From assembly GCA_002633005.1 (NCBI GenBank), contig NMRA01000159.1, positions 62,001-126,000 of the forward strand: 64,000 bases of DNA, in the 5' to 3' direction. How positions within the stretch are numbered: position 1 is the stretch's first letter; every line of letters starts with the position of its first letter. This DNA is from Phoronis australis (lineage: Eukaryota > Animalia > Phoronida). The position numbers and the translations under genes were made by a program. The notes below the pieces were generated by a model that saw only the letters and a program-made list of their open reading frames with translations, was not told where the DNA came from and searched no databases. Shown here in pieces: positions 51,975 through 64,000 of the stretch.

Positions 51975-54900
51975 ATGGCCGATTCAGACTGGGATCAAGT
52001 GACATATTTGAGGAAAAAAGCTCCGAAATCTGGACACTTGAAATCTGATCAGGTTTGGAATTAGTGCTGTATACTTTTCTGCGTTTGATTGTTATTTTCT
52101 AGTTTGGCTCTGGTCGGAAATGGTTGCGGTCATTGTCTTTGAGATTCAAGCTTGTAGTACCTGCTGTTGTAGTGTTGTACTTGAGCTTTCCTCTCTGCAG
52201 TCTGCTATGGCTGTTAATGTTAGTGCTGATCCACCGATTCAGCCCCCCCCTGGCTCTGTACTCGGCTCTGTAGTGGTATGGCCATATTGGTACTTTGCCA
52301 ACCGATAGTTATTTATAGCAGCTGGTGACACTTGAAAATATTGTAGCCAGTGAAAAATTTAATTATAAGAGACAGTTGTATTTCTGTCGTGCCTCGTGGT
52401 GGAACAGGTTTGACCTATTACAGTGTTAGAGTAATTCCAGAGAGTACTCACATTACGACGTCCACACTGGACGGTGGTGAACTCCAACATAGAGACGCCA
52501 CAGCTGAAACGCCACAGCTGAGATTGACATCGACATTTACTACAAGGCAAAGAAATTGTAGTTTACAAGCAGCAGTGGCTGTGCCATTCAACAAATATAG
52601 TCCGGATATCTATCGTCGTCAGGCTCCAAAGGTCATCCGCCATCTTCTTTCGCATGCAGCGCAGCCACGCGGAACTTAGCGTTCCAATTTGGAGTGCTCG
52701 TCTGCACGTTAGGTACTAATCTCTCGGGAGAAACATGCATGGAAGAACTGAGACTAAAATCAATGCATTTACCGACTGTTTTTTGAGACCCCTTAAAAAC
52801 TTGTAGATTTTACTAATGCACTTTTTTGTTCATTTTCAGACGATATTTTCAAAATTAAATTTTCTTCAGACGGAACAAAAAACAACTTAGGGATTGTTTA
52901 TGCAATGTATGTATTTGTCCCAGGCACTAACCGACACCTGTTAGGCCAAAGGAAAAACGCAGCTGACAAATGGAACACACTGGGTGCTTAACAGTTTCGG
53001 CCCACGCCTTGGTCATCAAAATATTGTCCACTTGTTTTTTATTGCAAAGCAAAGTACTGAGCTCAGCATTCATGTTGAAAGTTTTGGTTAAAGCATTGTG
53101 AATTTATTTGAAGAAAATTAAAATACTTGAATTGATAGAGAATGGCCACCAACAAAGTAAAACATTGACTTTATTTCACTATATTGCATTGTTACATACA
53201 ACACAGCATGACATAATCAAAATAAAAGAAGAGATTGAGCAATAAAATGCAAATGCAACTTGGGTATTTATTTGTATTTATAATTGTAGAAGCCTGTTAA
53301 AGGTGAGAAAAATCAAACAATACGAGATTGGGTAATTAATTAGAACAATTGTATCGAGGTTCAATGATCAACTTGCGCAGACAAAGTCTCAAAGGGTTGC
53401 AGTTCTGTTTTGGCTGACAAGGTGTTAACAGAGATTGAAGGAAAACTGAAAAGAAGAAGAAAGACAGCAGAGATAAGTGGTGTTAAGAACAACAAGAGCA
53501 AAAAGTCAAATAAAGATGTCACAAACACAAAATAAGTAAGGTCTATTTGGAATATAACAATTGCGATTTATTTTCCAGAACTGAAATTCTAAATCAATTT
53601 TAATCGATTTAAAAATCGATATCATGCTAGTAAAACAGTTTGTGATTGAAGTAGAATTGCTGTAAACCACTTTCCACTATTTTCTTGGCCTTACTCTGTG
53701 TGGTTTTCTGTTCTTTTAAAAGGTGGCAGCATATGACGACCATAAAATGGCTGCCGAAAAGCAATGCACAGTTGAACAACAAGGCATAAGTAAAAGAAAA
53801 CGTTTGAATACTATATATTTGTGAGAGATAAATCAAATCCTATTTAGAGCATAACTTTGAAGTGGAATAATTGTGAGAACGACAACAACCCGGTTTTATG
53901 CTTAGGCAGACGACCATTGGGTTCCCGAGTATATAAACTGATCCTTCATGCATATCGGGTCTTGACTTTTAGATCTTGCCAGAGTAATGCCCTATCTCAT
54001 TCCACACGACTCGATATCTGACACTATTTGTGAGTTCATCACCTGAATTGGTGCCAAAGTTGAGAACCATTAATGTTGACTTAAAACGTGTTATACATTT
54101 TGACATGAATTAATGTTCACTCCTGTATCTGTCCTTAATCGAGGTCTAGCCCTTGTCGGCAGTCCCTGATCTCTAAACAAGACGTTCGTTGAATACCATT
54201 CAGTTGCTCAGTAGATTGAACTGGTGCTCAGCAACATGAATCAGCAAGAGAGACTATTTCTCTGTTTGACAGATTGGTTGAACCCTGGTCAAGAGATAGG
54301 AACATTTTCATTGCTCGAATTGAATCTATACGGAATCTGTCCTTATAAGCACCCTCTGTGAATTTGCCCTGTTCATTGGAAAATGTGGAAAACTTCAAAT
54401 GATGGATAGCAGTAAGTGTCAATTGAAATATATAGTTCGGGTGTGTAACAGTTTCTCTGCTTTCCTTTCAGGCTATAAGAGCTGCCCAAAAGCAGGGTCT
54501 GTCTATTGAAACCAACAAAAAATGTGAGTATCTGGGAAGTAGATGTTTCCATAATAACTACGTGTAGATGAGTCGCATTTACCCCGCATGTAGAAGCAGC
54601 GTGGCAATAGACCCTTTTGGTAATCCCTGAAGTTGAAAGTGAGGCAATCACGGAATAATACCTGTTATTTATTACGTAAAACGGGTACGTATACGATGCC
54701 GTGAAATGTTCATTTCAAAAAAACCTGGCGCATAATGCAACTCGCTTGTATTCCTGCATGTACTTTGCTCAGTCATATAAACATGGGCATGTGATCGTGA
54801 ATGTTACGTTGTTCACTTCATAATCTAAAAAACAAATGTTTTGTCTGTAAAACCAAATTCTTTGTTTTTAATGTCAGTACATTGCAATTTCATTTTATCC

Positions 54901-57489
54901 ATTATTTCCGTGGAGATTTTTGTCAAGCAATATTTTGTTAACTTTGGCAGCGTCTGTAATTGTCGTCTTGCATGAATGACAGACAACAGTAGAAAAAAAA
55001 GACTGGCCTTATAAAAAAGACTGGCCTTATATTCGAAGAAACTTTGTGTCCTTTTTATCTCATAACACATGCCCATGGTCTTAATGTTTCTTATCAGCCC
55101 AGGAATTATATTTGAAATGGCACCATGGAAAGTCGAGTGACTTTGTTGCTTTCAGACTCAGCTGGTCAAAACAAACAACACTCGGCTCACAAAGACACGG
55201 CGATCCTGGATCGAGAGACGGAGGAGCTTCGTCATGAGCACGTGGACCGCAGTGTGGCTCAGATTATACAACAGGCCAGACAGAAGGTCAATATGACTCA
55301 AAAGGATTTGAGCACGGTGAGTGAAACTCAGAACTGATTATTGACCTTTGAGAGATCAAAGTTTTTATTATGGCTCGAAAGTAAACGGCCATGAGACTTA
55401 GTTTGAATTGAACTTTGTGGGATCAAGATCTTTTATCATTGCTCAGAAGTTCTTTCCTATTTGAGTTTAACTCAGAGCGGAGTGAGTTTTGTGATATCGT
55501 GGCTTATTGCCATTGCTCAGAAGTAACTGAGCAGTGGGATTGTAAGTTGGAACGTGAGTTTTGTAACTTCATGCCATTGGTTTCTTAAAAGAATGAAAAC
55601 AGACCCACCCTCATATTTGATGTTTGAACTCATGAGGTTCTCTTCAAGGGCATTTCTGTAGGTTTTTCAAACTAGAAAACATTAATAAGTCTAGTGTACA
55701 CACGCAAACATTAATAAGTCTAGTGTACGCACCACTTGTTTGCCACATCATGTTACCTAATGAATATAAGTCTGAAAAGATTTCAGCCCCAACCAGGGCA
55801 ATGTGAATTAGGCTATAAACGTGTCTTCCATCACATAAATAATTTCTGTTTTAGGGTACTTTCATAGGAGATTGTTTTTGTTAGTAAAAGTAGACCGAGG
55901 TGGTTTTAAGGCTTCCCACTGCTAGAGGCCAGGCTCTACAGTTTGGCTTGTCACAGCATGCCATTTTTGTGCAAGGCATGGTCTTAAGGATTAACAAGCT
56001 GCCTTTTTTTTGCAGACCTAGAAGTCCATTCACATCTTACTAAGGAACAATTTTATATAACAGTAGTTAGTGGCATGATCAGAAATTCACTTCAAGGACG
56101 GAACGCTTTAACCATTTTTCTTGGAGCCAGCTGATTATAATTTTGTTTACGAAATGAATAGAAAAATCCCGGCCATTTTATGTTCTATTCCTAAGCACCG
56201 TCTTTTTACAAAAATCTGACATCTAACTTCCTCTCGTTTCAGAAAATAAACGAGAAACCTCAAGTGATAATGGAGTACGAGGCCGGACGTGCAATACCCA
56301 ACCAGCAGGTGTTGGGCAAGCTGGAGCGTGCCCTAGGTAAGATGGCCCTGGCAACAGGAACACCGTCAGGAATGTGGAGGCCTTGTGATGGAACTGTCTA
56401 CATCTAGCTACATTTTGAGAACCAGTTTGATGCCTGTTATTCAGTGAAGAATACTGGTTCTCAAAATGTGGGCACATTATATCCGACTATTGCTTGGAAA
56501 CTGTAAAGCTAACATGAACGTAAACTTAAAAACATCTGGCACACGTTGTCGTAAATGAATTTTCCAGTTGTTTGCTTTATTTGCCTGGAAGGTCTCGTTT
56601 ACGTGGTTACACGGGTATATTTTCCAACTCGAGAAGTCTCGTTGATGAAACGTTAGGCTCAACACGGAGATTGTATGGAGTCTGTTACAAGTGTTGTGGA
56701 AAATTTCCTCCCGGGGACTATTTTTATTGCTATTTGAAAACTGGGTTGTTCTGTTGCTATGGCTTAAATAACCGACAATGATGGACACGTTGTGCTTGTT
56801 TTTACATAGCTTGACCGATACAGTAAAGTGTCCACACGCTTTGATGGAATGCCTCCGTTTCCACGTGTTGCAAATTGTAGGAATCCTACGTTATTGTTAA
56901 GACTGGTCATGGAGATGTTCTATCAACGTGCCATTAACTGCAGTTGGTCACAGGGGGTCATGTTCAGTTACAGAAATGGATTAATCTTGGGACATTAAGT
57001 GTTTGTAATTCAGAATTTATGTGTTTGTTTAGTGACTCGGTATAACAACATTAGGGGAAGGTTTTATGTGGCGCACTGTATCTTTAAAGAGTTGTCTGCA
57101 TATACATTAAAATGCATAAAATTTTTCGTTTTGGGACAGTCGAAAGTAATTGCTAAAATTTCCCATTTTTCAAGTGCTGTAAAACCTCAAATTCATCCTT
57201 TTTGATGTTGAATGATTGGTGTGCCATATAAACCATGATAGCAAAGTCAAATTTCCTTAGAAATTATTTTTGTAGAGAAATTTGACAATAAAACTTTACT
57301 GGTCCCAAACTGAAGAATTTTGCCTGTAGATCTAATTTTCACGATTTAATTTGGCAGCCCACTTTTACACCCTTTACAGGTGGCTGATGTTATTGCGTCT
57401 ACTGATCACCACATCTCTTGGTATCTCTTGTAGGGGTGAAGCTTCGTGGCAAAGACAAAGGTCAACCACTGACCTTTAAAAAGAAGTGA
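51975..57489 (+). CDS. EDF1: Endothelial differentiation-related factor 1 / multiprotein bridging factor 1 (MBF1), 5 exons, 146 aa
   Basis: Exons 51975-52052, 54472-54523, 55156-55316, 56243-56336, 57434-57489 (441 nt, in frame). The protein [15 protein letters not shown]...AGQNKQH...LDRETEEL...[46 protein letters not shown] has the MBF1 N-terminus and HTH domain. Confidence 0.96.
57114..57326. mobile_element. Degenerate MITE, family A
   Basis: TTTTGGGACAGTC near the left end and GTCCCAAACTGAAGAATTTTGCCTG|TA at the right end. Confidence 0.5.
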
Positions 57490-58290
57490 GAAAGGGGCTG
57501 TGAAGAACTCCCGCTGTGTCGTACTGTAAAGAGAATCTCACCACGTCATTCAATGCCTATTTGTCGCCATGTGGGTAACTTTTAGTTGGAGGATAAAACT
57601 GTGAGGCTTCTGCTTTGTGACAACAGGACAGTAAAATCTCACCAATTTTGGGCAGAAGACGGAGGACTTCTGATGACGTTTTTGTTTCAGATCCTCAATT
57701 TTTCTTAAAAGATAGCACCATGCTGATGCTTTATCGTTTTCATTTCAGGTATTTCATCTATAACGCTGCTGTCATTTTTCAAATGCATTGCAGGATGATG
57801 GTCGGTTTTTGAATATCCGGTCACATTTCAACTTCCTGATTTTTAATTTGCAATTTTGGTGATGATATTAAACTTCAGTGTGATCAGATGGCGTGCGCCA
57901 CAAGAATCTTTCGCATAAAGCATTCGCTTTGTGTGTATTAATTGGATGCATTGTGGGTCTCATTTGTTTTTGTACGATGGTTGCTCAGTGGGACTCGTAT
58001 CAAAATATATTTCACTGGACCCATGCTTTCCATTGTGTGTGTGACAAATGGTGTTTTGCAACATATTTTTTACGCATCAGGTGTTTATGATGTGGCAACC
58101 GTCCCACAATGCATTTGAAGAATGACGGCAGCGCTGCAGATGAAACCCCTCGAATTGTTGTACTAAAGACTCTGCCTTACAATTTTTTCGACTTGTCGTT
58201 AGTGTTAAAAACTGTTGAAATGTGATAAATAGGCAGCAACCATTGTTTTGCGGGCAATTGGTGAGATTTTACCTCTGAGATTTTACGGTG

Positions 58291-58373
58291 ATGAACATAC
58301 AGTGAACACACAGTGAACTTATAGTGAACATACAGTGAACATACAATGAACATACGGTGAACATACCGTGAAT
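58291..58373. repeat. 11-bp tandem repeat, about 7 copies (GTGAACATACA)
   Basis: Visible array downstream of the EDF1 stop codon. Confidence 0.85.
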
Positions 58374-59739
58374 AAGACGTTCCCCTAACTGCCAACCTCC
58401 TTGGGATCATTGAGGATGTGTGTGTAAGTCTTGCTACACTGTTAAAGTTGTTACGCGTACGTATATTTAGACGGGTTGTGAAGTCAACACGGCTGCTTAA
58501 TTACCCATGTGACATTCTTTGCTAAATTTCACCAAACCAGTTCATATTTTTTCCCAAGCTTGAATTCCCTTGCTCCCTTACTGTAGCTGAGTGTGCTTGA
58601 TAGACTGCCTATGAGTAAGTTTTATCAGGCTTGTCTATGAGTCACTAATAAGCTTATTTGTTCAGCCATGTTTTCTACACCGAGTTCTAAGCTTGAAAAA
58701 ATTGTTAACATGATAGTACAATCTTGATTAAGGTTGCTGGTCAGTAACGTAATTCAAGCTGACTCTCCTAAGTGTCGTAATCCAAGCCATCTGTGTTTTG
58801 CAAAATCACTCAACAGGCGAGGCTTGATTCCTTGCGGACTGGAGATCAATATAAGCGTAGACTTCACGCATGACAATGTAGCTCGCGTGGCACATAAAGT
58901 GTGCTTTCAAGGTTGTTTGAGCTTAGTGTGGAAACTTGAATATGGTTTGATTTAAAACTTAAATATCGACCGTGCTTGAATAACCTTGCGTATCTTCAAG
59001 CTCCAATAATATTGCACAGTGAGCACTATTTAAGCTTTTTTGCTGTACTCTGTGTATAACGAAACTTTTTCATCGATGTTTTGTTCTTGTGTTCTATCCC
59101 CGAAGGGATTTGAAATCTAGTTTATGGAATGCTTTGTGTGGAAAGATATTCACATCGAGGCTATCTAGTAGTTTTGGTGTTATTGCCGTACAGTGCATAG
59201 TTTGTAATGTATGTTGATGAGATTTAGACACAGGCAATTTGTAGGGAAAAAAGGACATATTTATCAGTTGCCTGTGATTGTGAGAGCTTGTCACTGACGT
59301 TTTTTGTGCATTGAACTGTTAGTGAGTTTTTTGTTTGTCAAATTTTCATTGACTCTGAGCAGCAGTAGAAACAGCTTAGATGAGGAAATATGAACTTTGA
59401 CTGTGAACAAAATTGTATTTAAGTATGAACGGTTTGTCTTCCAGTTACGTTGCTAAGAATGATTCTGAACCTCAGTCCCTATTAAAACCATCCCTCTCGT
59501 TTTATCTTGGAATGTTGTATCTAAGTTGATGGGATTCTTCAGTATGGCATAGGGGTAGTTTGTTTATGGCATTCACTTCAAAGTCATGAATTGAATGCAT
59601 ACTGCGCTGGATTAGTTGCAATTTATCACTTATTAAAATTCTATGCATGGAAGAGCTCGTGTTTACCGGGAGTGTACAGAGCGGCTCCTCGTGTTTAGGG
59701 ATTTATTCTTGTGTTAGGAGTGCACTCGTCTTGCTTATG

Positions 59740-59745
59740 AATAAA
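59740..59745 (+). terminator. Candidate EDF1 polyadenylation signal
   Basis: AATAAA followed by T/GT-rich sequence, about 2.25 kb after the stop codon. Confidence 0.35.
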
Positions 59746-59861
59746 CCTGTTTTAATGATTCACTGTGACTTGTGATTTCCAGTTATGCCCTTGGTTCATA
59801 GAGGAGTTTTGTGACACATATGATTAGATATATGGCAGTGAGAAGGTGCAATTGTGTCACC

Positions 59862-60057
59862 TAGTAGCGTGCAGAGCTTTGGTGATGGCTGGGGCGATTT
59901 TTATTGGATGCCCCACGCTCTACTCATATGCATGGACCCTAGTTATAAGGACGGTAAAATATGAACAATTTTAAAAAGTTCATTCATACTGACTGCATGA
60001 ATGCCCCGGATGTAGATGCCCTGGTCGTCGCCCCCTCTCCCCTTCTGCTGGCTACTG
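59862..60057. mobile_element. hAT-like MITE with 8-bp target-site duplication
   Basis: TIRs TAGTAGCGTGCAGAG and (reverse complement) CAGTAGCCAGCAGAA, flanked by GTGTCACC (59854-59861) and GTGTCGCC (60058-60065). Confidence 0.7.
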
Positions 60058-60629
60058 GTGTCGCCAGTATTGACTAACAAAAGGGCGTGGCAATAGCCAA
60101 TAGGAGTTGGAGGTAGAGACTGGAACTGTCCAAATTTTCACTCAAAGAATCTTATACCGTCGTACTTCAGGCGCATACACTTATTTATTTATTTATTTAT
60201 TTATTTATTATTGTGATATTTAAAATGAGGTTGGCCTCTTCAGTGATAGCACTGCTTTCCAAGATAGTGGTGTACAGAATAATTGCCTGGTGACCGTTTT
60301 TCTCGGCAAAAGTCTGCGAAATTTTATAGCTTAAATATCTTAATAATTTTTTAGTTATTTAGTGCTAATTTTAGGTAGTTTTACCTCTGCGTTGTCGACA
60401 TAGCCAGACTGGATTTGTTGGAATTTTTTAAACTTCGTATTTTGAATGTTTATTTCTCAGGAACTAATATTGGTCACGAGAAAGTTTCGTAATTAGTATT
60501 AGCACATGGGAAAAATGTGTTCATCAGAAAAATATTGTAGTACGCGGGATAAAAAGGCACACGTTATCAGAAATGAATTGGGGTTGTGTAAATGTCCTGT
60601 GGGTCGTGAGTAAAGGGAATTCCTATTAA

Positions 60630-60970
60630 AAATCGTCTTGTTTGGAGTCTGTGTTTCAAAATCTCAATAGATGTCGTATCGTGCTGTGCGTGATTACCGT
60701 GCTCAGTTCAAATCTTCTCGAGAAAAAGAGTGCGTCGTATAGGCCCCCACAAAACTGAGCGACATGCAAGAAAAATTTGAAAATTGATGTCACTAAATGG
60801 ACGTGTTTGTTACATTTAAAGTAAACATTTTGCTGCAGTTTAGTGGTGAAGGTTGATTTCTTAACCAAAACCCTTTGGGGTTCGATCTTGAGTGATTCAT
60901 TGCCGAGCCGACCAAAGGTACATCCTCCGTGAGAGCAAAAAATGGTTGAGCGTGAACGAACGCCTTGGGT
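60630..60970 (+). pseudogene. Possible decayed Tc1/mariner-type transposase N-terminal fragment
   Basis: Interrupted frames read SYRAVRDYRAQFK and APTKLSDMQEKFEN, reminiscent of the HTH region of mariner-like transposases; stops and frameshifts are present. Confidence 0.3.
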
Positions 60971-61449
60971 GTTTTTGGTAAAGATTGTTACCCGCAAATT
61001 GACCAAGATGAATGTTGGAAAAGAAATTTATATTTCAATACAGAAGAATTCAGAATAACATGAACTGATAAACTTGCATTTTACCGCTGCTCATCTGTCA
61101 ATGTTGAATGGTATCCTCTGACACAGCGCCACCTATACCTTTCGTAGCACTGTGAAAGAGTGTATGTTGAATGGTTGACCTTTGAGGTTTAAAACCACTA
61201 CCTCGCTCATCCATTCATGGAGACTAACTGAGCTAAGACAAATCTTAAATTCAGTCAACTTTAAGATAAAACTTAAAGTTTTCTCGTGTCCGTTTCAAGA
61301 AAGATCTCTTTCTTAAAAGTTTTGTTTTAATTTTTACTAACTTACCGGATGTGGAGGTTTCAAAGTTTGGAAGTTGAGACAATTAAATCAGCTTCTTGGA
61401 ACAGGTCACAGGCGCGTGCACGTGCTATTTCCCAATTCGTAATTTTAGA

Positions 61450-61591
61450 CATGGGCGGCGCAGCACTGAAAAAAGTGGGGGACTATAGCCCCCAGGTCCC
61501 TTGTGGTGCACCACCCATTAGACCATGGGCGGCGCGGCAGCACTGCAGGGGGGGACTACAGCCCCCAGCCCCCTATGGTGCACCGCCCATG
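61450..61591. mobile_element. Two tandem ~68-bp mini inverted-repeat elements
   Basis: CATGGGCGGCGC...GCACCACCCAT (61450-61518) and CATGGGCGGCGC...GCACCGCCCATG (61524-61591). Confidence 0.65.
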
Positions 61592-62090
61592 TAATAACCT
61601 GAAGCTCTTCCAAGAATCGTGGGTGGTTTCGGTGTTCTGAACGGAAGCAGAATCCTATCATGGTTATGAATATTATGAGACCGATTATATGAGAGCAAAA
61701 GACCTTGTTCGATTTCGTTTTCAATCCGCTAACTGTGACACAATGGAGATTTAATTGTAGTATAATAGTATAATAGTATAATAGTATATTATTCATAAGC
61801 GACAAACATTTATCTACGTAACAGTCGTCAAAAAATTATAGGACATCGGTAAACCCTTCAACCATTTTTGTGCGTCCGAAGGGCCGCACGTAAATATATG
61901 CAGTGAATGAGCAACGCCCGTCACCTTAGTTGTAGCAAATACGCGCTCAGATTTGGACTCTGAATATTATCATTTATTAGTTGAACTACGGTCTATTGTT
62001 CTCTCATCAAGGAGTATCCAGTGTGAAAATACACCCCTCGCTAGCTGTTTTAGTTACAAATTGCCGTGTAGGCGGTACCGTCTGTATATA

Positions 62091-62153
62091 CTTATTGGAT
62101 CAATGCTTATTGGACCAATGCTTATTGGACCATTGCTTATTGGACCAATGCTT
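62091..62153. repeat. 15-bp tandem repeat, 4 copies (CTTATTGGACCAATG)
   Basis: The unit contains the inverted pair ATTGG-A-CCAAT. Confidence 0.9.
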
Positions 62154-63076
62154 CCAGATAATTGGGGACAAAAATACGCCAGATCCAGAGGACGTGGATG
62201 TTTTGTGCGCATTTTCCTCGGGATCTCAAATAAGAACCAGCTAGCTGCGTGCTATTGCATATCGAGTGCATTACAAACTGCACCGGATCGACAACCTTTT
62301 CCGCCCATCAGGGTGAAGAAACGAACCACACTGCGACCTTATTACTATCGAAGCCTGTACACTTGTCTGTCTCAAACTGGAGTCTGAATTACTGCAGCTC
62401 ACTCATGCGTGATGAAAGCACTTACCTATCGTATGAGAGCCCCCACCATCCTAGATCTGCCCACCCTTGTAGTAGCTACTATCACAACCATTATGACTTG
62501 TATGGACCCGACACTTTCAATTCAATCACCCATTTTAAGAGTTATGTAGGACCGTATCGATAAGCCGGTGTATATAGCCAAGTGTCGCATATTTTTTGTT
62601 ACTATGTCTAAGCCGTACGTTTATTTCATTATTGGATTTTCGGGTGAAGTAAATCAGGCCCGTAGTCAGCATTGCGCAGGGGGTGGTTCGAATTTCTGGA
62701 ACGGTGGACCTTTGCGGATATTTTGCAAAGGTCGACACTGTAGAGTTTTCGGTAAGGCCCTTGACGCAGCTTCACTAGGGGGAAGGAAATCTATATACAC
62801 AACGACGACTCTCAGCTTTATGTTCCCAACTGATCAGAAGGAATTCGTAATACAGAAATGAGGATGCCCTGGCGGTTGCTCACAAAGAGCGGGACCCAAA
62901 TTCAGATGTAATGTGGTCCAGAAAAAGAATGTCACCGTATTACCCCCTGCCACACTTTCAAACCGGGCGTGCTTGAATGAGTTATATCTCATTACATAGT
63001 CGGTCTGAAATATTTAATCGAAGCATGATCGACTTGAATATTTTGATCTGGTTGTATTTTGCGTGTTACTTAACTT

Positions 63077-63896
63077 GTTCACATCGCCAGTATTTCAAAA
63101 GTTCACTACTTTGAAGGTTCACTGTTCCGAAGGTTCACTACTCCGAAAATATCTAAAATTTCGGACTTGGGTGTATCAGACATCCCCTTTTACCTGCAGA
63201 AATTAGATGCACTAAGTGGTGTCCCTATGCCCGCATGTCTTTCGAATACGGAAAATGAGTACGTACTTGAATTTTTAAAAGATTAAGAAGTATGAATATT
63301 GATGAATTATCAACCACGATACATTCATCAAATCCATGTAAGGTCTCATCATTTCACAGCGTGACTGAGCTAGTTTAGGGCTGATGCCCCTCAAAACTCA
63401 GAGCCACGCGCATGGTCAGGTCGAAACTAAATGTAGTTACAGTGAGCTACCCTGTCCTTGCCAGTCTTCACAAAGTCGGAGAGTCCCATTCAGTCGTCTT
63501 GAATTTAAAACCACCGCTATTGGTCGCTGAAGTCCTGACCCGATGTTGTCCTTGCTTGAGACTGAATGAGTCGTTAGTTAGATTGAAGATTCACGATTGC
63601 CAATGATTGGAACTGAGCTCGTTTGTAAACAATGTAATCAATGTTTTAAGAACTATTCAACTTTTTTACACCCTTTAAATAGTTACTAAATGGGCACAAA
63701 TACAATACTTTTCTCATGTCAGTTCCGACTCGTTAGCAGACAAGGTAGAGAAATCATGAACTGTCGGAGTTTTGGTTTCGGAATTGTGGACATTCGAAGT
63801 AGAGTGAACTTTCGAAGGTAACGAACCTTCGCAGTAACTTCCGGCGGAATAGTGGACTTTCGGAGTGATGAACATTCGGAATAGTGACATGTAACC
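63077..63896. mobile_element. Foldback-like element with modular inverted termini
   Basis: The left arm has tandem GAAGGTTCACTACTCC-like units. The right arm has the reverse-complement units (TTCGGARTAGTGRAC) and ends in TAGTGACATGTAACC. Confidence 0.6.
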
Positions 63897-64000
63897 TTGG
63901 AAATCTTTTCCATTAAGTTTTTTGCTCGTATTTAATTATCATAGGCGTGTACTGAATTTAAAAGAATGGAAACGCACACACGTGTATACGCATGCATGTC

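Larger units (their letters stand above)
49796..52250. repeat. ~950 bp direct duplication (49796-50738 and 51296-52250) separated by an N and a retroelement fragment
   Basis: The two blocks align end to end with scattered substitutions and small indels; copy A stops at the N at 50739. Confidence 0.9.

Overview
Eukaryotic, intron-rich, AT-rich animal genomic DNA, most consistent with a marine invertebrate such as a mollusc (inference from repeat types and gene structure). Three spliced housekeeping genes were reconstructed by hand with phase-consistent GT-AG exons. SCAI is on + (13 exons, 8619-23569; its 5' exons were not found in the window). BAG6 is on - (24 coding exons, 47159-27068, about 1123 aa). 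EDF1/MBF1 is on + (5 exons, 51975-57489, 146 aa). BAG6 and EDF1 are head-to-head on a promoter of about 140 bp, which appears twice around an N (probably two haplotypes). The second copy abuts the 5' end of an RTE-like non-LTR retrotransposon whose first ~235 nt fold into an HDV-like self-cleaving ribozyme, in sense within the predicted BAG6 intron 1. Introns carry many minisatellites next to splice sites, including 23 perfect copies of a unit containing a BAG6 splice donor, plus several MITE families. All long ORFs in the ORF track that are not exons arise from tandem repeats. Everything was read by eye; no searches were run.
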